Shown here piece after piece: positions 52,432 through 62,400 of a DNA stretch of 64,000 nt. Position numbers and translations under genes: made by a program. This DNA is from Setoptus koraiensis (Eukaryota; Animalia; Arthropoda), in contig CM106586.1 of the NCBI GenBank assembly GCA_048013815.1, forward strand, positions 18,724,001 through 18,788,000. The letters are read 5' to 3'. Every line of letters starts with the position of its first letter. The stretch's first letter is position 1. Below the pieces are notes generated by a model. That model saw nothing but the letters and a program-made list of their open reading frames with translations. It was not told the origin of the DNA and searched no databases.

Positions 52432-54361
52432 AACAATAGTGGTTTGGGGGGTGGCTGGCTGGCTATAAGTAGTAAATGGTGGTGGTGGTGGTAGTGGTGG
52501 TAGTGGTGGTAGTAATAATAATTAAGATTGCTATTGCTAATTGATTGATCGTTGTTGATTGGGCTAACAGGCTGTTGTCAATGTCGTTGTCTTGGTGATA
52601 GTGATAGACACAATTGCGGTAACAATGCTAATACACAAATAACAATAACGGATATTGATATATTATTACTATTATTATTATTATTATTATTATTATTGGT
52701 AATACTAGAGTCGTCCGTGTTGATGGTGTGACAGTTGTGGATGACTTGATGCAATAATGTTGTTAGGAAGGAAATAAATCACCATATATAGCAACATTAT
52801 CTCTTGCCCTTGCTGTGATCAATCAATTGATGCCTACTGTTGAAGGTACGACGCTGATGCAACGATGATAGTATTTTGATATGAAATGATATGATGTGAT
52901 ATGATGTGATATGATATGATGTATGAATATTAAGATGATAATGATATTATGACTCGAGACGTTGTATGACTTTTGCAAGAAGACGACGAAGAAGAAAAAG
53001 AATAAGTCGTTGTTCTGTAGGGCAATCACGATTTGTCGGCGTTCTTCAGCGACCATATAATGTTGTGGTCTGTAAAGGGCACATAGAGTCTTAGAGTGTG
53101 TGTGTAGCGTATATCGTGGTGGTGCGAATATCCTCACCGAGTTGTTAAAAGATCTGTATTAATCAAATGGTGTGTTACTCAATGTTTTTTGTATATGCGA
53201 AAATATTTGTTGGCCTGGTGATGGGTGTTTTTGTGCATTAATTTAATCAGGTGTATGTGTGCATGACATATGATATGCGTTATGTTGGTAGACGATGATG
53301 ATAGGCGATTTTAGTTTTGATGTTGATGTGAAAGTCTTTATGGTTCAAGAGTATACGGCCAAAGAGTACAGTAGTGCTAGTGTCTAGTATTGGCCCGACG
53401 ATGTCTGACGTTACGTTAAAAGACGGCGATCTTTATCTCATCATCATTCATTTATTTAATTTTCCTTTCCTTTCCCTTCTTGTCCCTCTGTTGTGTTCTG
53501 TTGTGCTCTCTTCTTCTTCTTTTCTATGTTATTCTATTGCTGACTATTGCCTATTGCACTGTCTTGGTGTGAGCTGAAACGAAGCAACGAACAGAAAGAA
53601 TTAGGTCAACGAAACTAAATAGAGTGGGCATCATCATCATCATGACGCTGATGCCAAGCAACAGGTTGCAACAACAACAATAACGGGCTCATGATGTAGG
53701 CTGATAGATAAAGCTGAAGACTCTTCAGCTTTATCCATCAGCGCCGCCAAGCCGCCGACAGCAGCGTCTTCGTCGTCGTCCTATCAATGAGTTAGCAGCC
53801 TCAGCTAATCAACATTTATGCTATATCATGCTGACGCTTACCTGACTGGTGGCCGACTGAGCTTTTTGCGAGATACAGTCAAGCATCGCAATATCAGCTC
53901 AGCGGCACATTGTTGAGCTGTCTGGCATAATTCTCATTGATGATAGCGTCAGCAGAATCACTTTTTGTCGGTTTGGCCAATTTCGTCGTCTGGCGATTTC
54001 TCTCTCTCGCTCTCCCGTCTGTTTTATTCATCAACTGCGCTCATTCGCCTACCTTCCCACAACTTCAACCTGATGCCATTAGATTTGTAGTACTGCAACT
54101 TTTGTTGGTGGTTGTGTCCACTCTGACAGGACAACTTGTCGTTTGCTGGTTGTGTTGGTGCCGCTGATTACGCCGACTCGCCCAGTCCGGCTGACCACTG
54201 CTGTCAACCGCCAGAGCAGGGCCTTTTTGTTTTCAGCCATTTTTACTCGTGAGTGGCAATGGCATTAACTGTGCATTGTCAACAGTGAAACTGTTATGCC
54301 TAACCAATCACAGTTAATTTTGCAGTTAATGCCATTGCCACTCACTAGTAAAAATGGCTGA

Positions 54362-54394
<33 letters not shown>

Positions 54395-56229
54395 AAAGCC
54401 TCTGCTCTGGCGGTTGACAGCAGCGTAATCAGCGGCGCCAAGACAAGAAGCAACGACGAGTTGTCCTGTCAGAGTGGACACAACCACCAACAAAAGTTGC
54501 AGCACTACAAATCTAACGGCATCAGGTTGAAGTTGTGGGAAGGTAGGCGAATGAGCGCAGTTGATGAATAAAATAAGCGTTCGCAAGAACTCGCAAAGAA
54601 TGCTGGACGTAGCTTGATAAATAGGAGATAGAGAGGGGAGACAGAGGGCGAGGGGAGAGGGAGAGGGAGAGAGACCGGGAGACAGAGAGACAGAGAGCGA
54701 GGGGAGAGGGAGAGAGAGAGACATAGAGAAATAAAATAATTTGAAAGGGCCCGAATTTCTATCTCGTCTCTATTTTTTATTTTATAAAATAAAAAATTAG
54801 CGTAACTTTGCTTAACACTTGTTTACTTTTCGTCACTGACTCCCATCTCCCATGGCACACGCCCCCTCCCTCCCGTGTCCCCACAAAAGCCGTGACTCCC
54901 TTGGAAGTCACTTCCGTGACACGAAGAAAATAAATTTATTCTTCTTTTTTCGCAAGGGGAAAACTCTATGGGATTTTTACACGTAAAGGGGGGATCGCGC
55001 CTTTTTCACTGTGTCTACCACAAAGGCCCAGAGACATTGGCAGACATTTACGCACGGCACACTCACACGATTTGTGCGCTCGCGCACCGAGAAAGAGGGG
55101 AAAGCCGAATAGAATTTTAACACACAAAAGGGGGACACGTTCTTTTACTGTATTCATCCCTAAGGTAATATCCCGACCCAACAGATAGGAGAGAGAGAGA
55201 GCGAGAAATCGCCAGACGACGACAAAAAGTGATTCTGCTGACGTTACGTTGTATCATCAATGAGAATTATGCCAGACAGCTCGGCCGGCTAGCATTTAGG
55301 TAAGCATTCAGTGAGCATGATAGCATAAATGTTGTTGATTAGCTGAGGCTGCTAACTCATTGATAATACGACGACCAAGATGCTGCTGTCGGCCGCTGAT
55401 GGATAAAGCCGCTGAAGCTTTATCTATCAGCAGCCTACATCATGAGCCCGTTATTGTTGGTGCAACCTGTTGCTTGGCGTCAGCGTCATGACGACGACGA
55501 TGCCCACTCTATTTAGTTTCGTTGACCTAATTCTTTCTGTTCGTTGTTCGTTTGGTGGCAACTCTGTGCCAGTTACCGCCACAATCACACTCACAGCTGT
55601 GTTGGCTTGTCAGCTGTTGTGCCTGGAAAGAAGCTGGCCCGTTGTAAAGAAGCGCACGCTAATCAGTTGGGCACAGTTGAGGCATCGTAAGTAGACTTAC
55701 GCGCGTCTTACAGTTGTGCGCCGCATACAGTTGGTCACTGACGCTGGCAAGCTAGCCAGTCATTTGGCTAGCCAGCCATTCGGCTGGGCAGCCATTGAGC
55801 CCGGTTTCACTCAACGGCGTTGAGTGAGTTGCCGCCAGAGTACATGTAATGTAATGGCGTTGAGTACATCACACTCGCTCACAGTCGGTGCTGGGGGCAG
55901 ACGGCTCGTTCATTGGGCAGGCACATGCGCACCGATGGGCGGCTGTCCGCTGCCCCTGTGCAGCGCACGGGCATGCCCCGCCGCCCATAGGCGGCGAACT
56001 GCTGGGCAGTCGCTGCCCATGCAGCCGCCCCTGCCCCCAGCATTATTTACTGAGTGAGTGCATGCTGAGAGATAGAGCATTTCTCACAAGTCAGATAGAG
56101 CCGTCGTCGACGTCGTTCCTCACAAAACTGGATTGTTACCCTTTCTCTGTTAATTTTCGTCTTGTCGTCGCTACTACTGCTATTGCATCATCAACAATTT
56201 GTTTGCCATCAATTTGCGGTTACTAAATA

Positions 56230-56438
56230 CAGGGTGAGTCAAATTCAACTGGCTAACTTTGGAATGGAATATCTCAAGAACTAGACGCCAAGGGGCGTTC
56301 AAATTGTGTTCACTATGGAAGGGGATCGAAGGTATTGGTTGACCTCGGTTTCGTAATGGAAGAAAATGAGCGCGCTCTGGCGTCTAGTTCTCGAGATATT
56401 CCAATTCAAAGTTGGCCAGTTTAATTTGACTCACTCTG
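56230..56438. mobile_element. 209-bp MITE, Tc1/mariner type
   Basis: Imperfect ~61-bp terminal inverted repeats (cagggtgagtcaaattcaactggctaactttgg... versus reverse complement cagagtgagtcaaattaaactggccaactttga...). TA dinucleotides flank both ends (56228-29, 56439-40). No coding capacity. Confidence 0.85.
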
Positions 56439-57202
56439 TATTTGTTGTATACGCTCACTATTATATTTATAATAATATTAATAATAATAATATCAGCTAT
56501 ATATACATTTGGAGTATTGTGATTGTATTCAACGGCAACTATAAATATTCCTGTATGTGTGTGTCTGTTTGTCTGTCTGTCTGTCTGTGTCCGTGTGTGT
56601 GTGCGTGTACGACTGCCTGGCTGTGAGCGAGTGAGCGATCGAGCGTGTGAGTGTGTGTGTCTTGGATCACATAAATACATAAATCATATTATTCGCGATA
56701 ATATTATCACTGATAACTTATTGATAGTGATATTATTAATATAATATTAATAATACACAATAAATACTGGAGATAACTGGCAATAGCAACAGTGGCAATA
56801 ATATGATATAAGAAGGACGTTATTAGCACATGGATTTTTTAGCGCACACCAAGACAGTGCAATAGGGAACAGTCAGCAATAGAATAACATAGGAAAGAAG
56901 AAGGAGATAGCACAACAGAGAAAAAAGGAAAAGGAAGGAAAATTAAATAAATGAATGATGATGAGATAAAGATCGCCGTCTTTTAACATAACGTCAGACA
57001 CCGTCGGGCCAATTCTAGACGCACCACTGTACTCTTGAACCATAAAGACTTTCACATCAACATCAAATCTCAAATCGCATATCATATGTCCTGCACACAT
57101 ACAACTGATTAAATTAATGCACAAAAACACCCGGCCAACAAATATTTTCACTCAACATTGAGCAGCACACCATTTGGTTAATACAGATCTTTTAGCAACT
57201 CG

Positions 57203-57270
57203 GTGAGGATATTTGCACAACCACGATATACGCTACACACACACTCTGAGACTCTATGTGCCCTTTACAG
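57203..57270 (+). other. Probable 68-nt GT-AG intron in the HMGCR 5' leader, conserved in both palindrome arms
   Basis: ctcg|gtgagg ... ctct(g/a)ag ... gccctttacag| is preserved in the right arm (+) and the left arm (-, ~53070-53137). Confidence 0.45.
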
Positions 57271-57890
57271 ACCACAACATTATATGGTCGCTGAAGAACG
57301 CCGACAAATCGTGATCGCCCTACAGAACAGCGAAATATTCTTCTTCGTCTTTTTGCAACAGTCTTACAAAGTCTCGAGTCCTACTATCATTATGGCATCA
57401 TTATTATCTTAGAATATTCATACATCATATCATATCGCATCATATCATTTCATATCAAAATACTATCATCGTTGCATCAGCGTCGTACCTTCAACAGTAG
57501 GCATCAATTGATTGATCACAGCAAGGGCAAGAGATAATGTTGCTATATATGGTGATTTATTTCCTTCCTAACAACATTATTGCATCAAGTCATCCACAAC
57601 TGTCACACCATCAACACGGACGACTCTAGTATTACCAATAATAATAATAATAATAATAATAGTAATAATATATCAATATCCGTTATTGTTATTTGTGTAT
57701 TAGCATTGTTACCGCAATTGTGTCTATCACTATCACCAAGACAACGACATTGACAACAGCCTATTAGCCCAATCAACAACGATCAATCAATTAGCAATAG
57801 CAATCTTAATTATTATTACTACCACCACCACCACCACCACCACCATTTACTACTTATAGCCAGCCAGCCACCCCCCAAACCACTATTGTT

Positions 57891-59465
57891 ATGTGTTCCG
57901 AATATGGTAATGGAGTTCACGTTCAAGCTCCCCAGTTGCAAGTCAATCAGTCAGATTTTCACACTAACCTCTATTTTAATAACAATCACCCGCCAAAACA
58001 GCACCTAGCTGCCGCTGTTCAGACACAGAGCAGCGGTAAATCGCAACAGCAGCAACTACAACAACAGCAACAACAACAACAACAACAGCAACAACAAAAT
58101 GTAAATAATTGTAATATTGATTTTTATAAAAAACAGATCCTAGATGGTAGCTTCGATGCATCACAGCTAGATGATCGCGTATTAATAGAACTTCTCAATC
58201 AAAAGCTCATTGCGGTCCACAAATTGGAGACATACATCGGCAATCCAGACAGAAGCGTCAGAGTGAGGAGGTTATTCTATTCACAGAAGCTACCTTACGA
58301 TCGTGCCGAAGGTATAAAAAATTTGCCCGTGGACAATTTTGATTATGGCAGGGTGGTCGGTGCCTGTTGTGAAAATGTTATTGGTTATGTTCAAGTACCA
58401 GTGGGGGTGGCCGGACCATTATTGTTGGATAATGAAGAGTTATATGTTCCAATGGCAACCACAGAAGGTTGTTTGGTTGCCAGTACAAACCGTGCCTTTT
58501 CTGCACTAACCAAAAGTGGCGGTGTCAAGAGTCATTGTGCGCAAAATACGATGACACGAGCTCCCTGTGTGAGCTTGCGAAATCTCGATGAACTCAAAGA
58601 GGTCATGCAGTGGCTCAAGGATACACACAATAAGGAAAAATTAACCACAGCATTTAATTCGACATCTAATTATGCTAAATTAGAAGATTATACAATCAAG
58701 CGGCAAGGCCATCTATTGTACATAAGATTTAGTGCTATCACTGGCGACGCAATGGGTATGAATATGTTGTCTAAAGGAGCAGAGAGAGCCTTAGATGAGA
58801 TAAAAAAGGCATTTCCCTCAATGGAGGTGGTTAGTTTGAGTAGTAACTATTGTACAGATAAAAAGCCGGCTGCAGTGAATTGGATAAATGGACGTGGCAA
58901 GGACGTCCAATGCGAAGCAACCTTACCAAAGGAAATAGTACAATCTGTACTGAAGGTGTCCGTTGAGGAAATGGTGGATCTATGGAGTAGTAAAGTAATG
59001 ATTGGGTCAGCTCTGGCTGGAAGCATAGGTGGATTTAATTCTCAGGCGGCCAATATTGTGACGGCGTTATATATTGCTTGTGGCCAAGATCCCGCTCAGA
59101 ATGTAACTAGCTCGAATTGTATAATTAGCATGAAACAAGATCGCGAAAATGGCTCGTTGATAGTATATTGTACGATGCCATCAATTGAATGTGGTACGGT
59201 GGGCGGCGGAACTATACTAGAGGCTCAAAGTAATTGTCTCAAAATGATGGGAATCAATGGATCATCGCTATCCCCATATAAGCCAGGCTATAACGCAGAG
59301 AAATTTGCCAGGATTGTTTGTGCCTCTGTATTGGCGGGCGAGTTATCTTTATTGGCCGCTTTGGCTGAGGGAACATTAGTTAGATCACACATGAAGCATA
59401 ATAGGTCCTCATTGAATGTACCTGGTGCTGCCCAGAAGCATACAAGTGCGGCTTCGTCTGAATAA
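57891..59465 (+). CDS. HMGCR: HMG-CoA reductase, class I catalytic domain, copy R (524 aa, no membrane domain seen)
   Basis: Same catalytic motifs as copy L; 24 amino-acid differences from copy L by manual comparison. Confidence 0.95.
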   Translation: MCSEYGNGVHVQAPQLQVNQSDFHTNLYFNNNHPPKQHLAAAVQTQSSGKSQQQQLQQQQQQQQQQQQQNVNNCNIDFYKKQILDGSFDASQLDDRVLIELLNQKLIAVHKLETYIGNPDRSVRVRRLFYSQKLPYDRAEGIKNLPVDNFDYGRVVGACCENVIGYVQVPVGVAGPLLLDNEELYVPMATTEGCLVASTNRAFSALTKSGGVKSHCAQNTMTRAPCVSLRNLDELKEVMQWLKDTHNKEKLTTAFNSTSNYAKLEDYTIKRQGHLLYIRFSAITGDAMGMNMLSKGAERALDEIKKAFPSMEVVSLSSNYCTDKKPAAVNWINGRGKDVQCEATLPKEIVQSVLKVSVEEMVDLWSSKVMIGSALAGSIGGFNSQAANIVTALYIACGQDPAQNVTSSNCIISMKQDRENGSLIVYCTMPSIECGTVGGGTILEAQSNCLKMMGINGSSLSPYKPGYNAEKFARIVCASVLAGELSLLAALAEGTLVRSHMKHNRSSLNVPGAAQKHTSAASSE

Positions 59466-62400
59466 ATTTCTAATAGGCATCTCAACAAATATCGATATTA
59501 ACAACGATAGTCCGATAGTCAATATGATATTTCCACTAAATACATGAAATAGCATGAGCCAACTAGAGAATATTGGTTGCTCTTGTATGGCCAAAACGCT
59601 CATGTGAACAATAGGATGAATGATATAAGCCAAAAATGATAGTTTGCCAAATGCAACAAATATTGGATGCGCAAGTAACCTAGATAGACAAGTGAATTTC
59701 CTATCCTCATCTGGTACAGAAATGTGGTATAAGAACCAAGTTAAACTTAATGACCACAATATCCTAGAACTGGCATTATAAATACCGGCTATTGTTGGCG
59801 ATGGTAGATCACCTGTCGACCAATCATGTGTTGAAAATATAATCACCAACATTACACAACAGGCCGTTATACCTGCGATAAAGTCCAACATGATTCGACC
59901 ACAATTGCCACTATTCGATGAGAACTTTCTCGTCCTAATCCTGCACTTATGACCAGCTATTACACCAATTGCAAAAACTGATATATGTGTCCATGTCTTG
60001 AACATATGTTGGCTGAAATAAATGGCTTTACTATCTGGATCTGCCATCGTATAAAACCAAGCAGGTGGAAGCTGATTCATGTAGACATTGTAAAAATTGT
60101 AACAAGCCCCAATAAGTATAGCACCTAGTAATAGTACACTTGGAGCAGTCTTCCAACTGTATTCCCCCTTTTGATATTCATAGTTTTTGTTTAGGAAGTA
60201 AATTATTGGAACTGTCAACAATATCAATTGTAATTCCACACAAACTAACCAAGTTTGTGGTAAGCACTGTCAATGTAAATAGGGAGATAGATATATGGAT
60301 AGATACAGTGTGATTATAGATGATAAATAATTATACCGAAAGTAGCAGGAAATGGTAGGCAAAGAGACAGAGACGACGGGATACGATAAAGACAGAGTTG
60401 AGGAGAAGAAGATGTAGAGAGGGATACATAAATTTGTAAATAAGTAGATAATTTCGTTATAAATAATGTTGTTGTTATATAGTTTTAGTTCATGACAATT
60501 ATTAGGAACCTGTTTAAAAGAAAAGTCGATTTACCCAAAATCAACTCACACAAACAAACAAATACATCCCAAAAGGAATACTTAGATAATAATAAATATA
60601 AAAGAATGTATTATATCACCGTTCATGTATCACACACTCGAATCGCTTCGAATTCTTTCAGATTTTCCATGAAGTCACTTGTAGTTCCTCGAGCTCTGTT
60701 TAGATTAGAGCAATCGCTACACTTACCATTTTTCCATAGGGCAAAAGGTTTTGTATGAAGAAGGCATTGATCCAGCCGTTCTGTTGACACACTTCCGATT
60801 GGCTTACAACGTAATCATTCCAAACGGGGCCCTTGTAGGCCAGTGGCAATAAAATGACAAGAGCCGTCACAACCATTACAGAGGGCATTAAACGGGCGTA
60901 TTTGTCGACAGTGTATTTGACTAATGTCTTCATATTTGAGTCGATATTTTGATAGGCCAGCGTGAAGGCCGTCAGTAATATGAGTGAGTCATATTGTAGA
61001 GTACTATTGATGATGAACTCCACTGGCCACCAATTAATGAGATCCTTTAATAACATCAATTCGCGTAAATATTCAAATTTGAGATTAACAGTTGATTCAA
61101 CAATGATGAACCACATGACGAATAGAAATTTCAATCCGTATAAAGCTAATGGTTTCTGATCGGACAATTGTTCATAATCTACTTTCGTGTGACACTCTAT
61201 AGATCGTCGCAACGACAACGATTTCAATATAGATTTAATTGCATGCGGCTTCTCCGTTTCCTGCAGTAACGAAATGGTCAGCACAGAGGCCAACAAAACT
61301 ATCGTGACCAGAACAATAGGTAATAGAGCCCAACCAATTTGAAATATGTCATACCGTCTGTCCATGGCATCTATCTCTTGTTCGCATCTTAACACTTTGA
61401 TTTTGAGATCAATTCTTTCTGATAGGTAACTGGCCGCCTTTTGAATGTCCTGGGGTGGACACAACGAGGGCACACAAACATCGAATCTGATATTGACATA
61501 GTTGAAGGCCAGCGCCAATTCGGACATCTCGTCGGAAATTGTTTTCTCGTACCATTCATTCTCCGATCCGCTCATTAAGGCCGCCAGTTTGGTGTTGAAA
61601 TTGTAGAAACGTTGTTTCTCCGGCAGCCATGGTTTCACTTGAAGCACACAATATTGTCCCCGGAAATACTCACTAAATTCGCCTGTAAACTCAATTTCGT
61701 CATCATCGGGCGCTCTAACTTTGAGACACTGGCGATAATTGCCAAACATGGTCATGGAGCCCTCTAGAATTCCCGCGCCAGGCTTGCCGGAGGCGTCCAA
61801 CACTGGAGGTAGAGATAATTTAATTGAGACAGTTATTTCAATCAACTTCAACTAACGAGTTAGCTATCGATTGTGGTCAACTTTTTGCAAGTCGGATTGA
61901 TAGTGGCAGTGATGAGTGGATGACTTACTTCGTAGCGACCAGCTCTTCAATTGATTCATGCCCAGGATCCACTTGAGTAGCGCACCCGAACAGTTACTAC
62001 TAATTTTGGCCTCTCTAGATAGATTCAGTGCCAGTGGTACAATGCTGCCTATTGCACTTTGGATACCTAAAACAAGAATAGTTATGCAACAAATAAACAC
62101 GACAATGTTGAGGTTACATACAGTTTAAGTATATTCTGGCCACTCAGATGCCACTTACCCTTTTTCATTCTTTTCTCCATTTTACTCCAAATTTCAATAA
62201 CTTCCTCTTCTGGCTTGAACGAGGAATATACTTCATTTATTTTAGTCATGTTGATTGAATTGTAGTCGAAGGCAGGCACCGATTTCACTGGTTCTATTTG
62301 GGGCTCTGCACGATCACTAACACTTGGCACGGTGGTGGTATCAGATGGGTCGGTCTGCTGATCAGATGCAGCCGATGTGTCGATACGCCGGGGCAGCAAA

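Larger units (their letters stand above)
49925..60615. repeat. Large interrupted inverted duplication (palindrome): left arm ~49925-54271, right arm ~54323-60615
   Basis: Three collinear inverted blocks: ~49925-53575 with ~56840-60615; ~53575-54014 with ~55190-55555; ~54020-54271 with ~54323-54578. The central spacer is ~50 nt. Segments ~54579-55190 and ~55556-56840 occur only in the right arm. Boundaries were estimated by eye. Confidence 0.92.

Noticed and set aside
54298-54305. CCTAACC (TTAGG telomere-template-like) at the palindrome centre
   Set aside because: A single 7-mer is expected by chance; there are no telomeric arrays or supporting structure.
57203-57412. Short ORF MRIFAQPRYT... 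conserved in both arms (also 52823-53137)
   Set aside because: The GTG start coincides with a probable splice donor. Conservation is explained by the duplication, and the C-termini diverge by frameshift.
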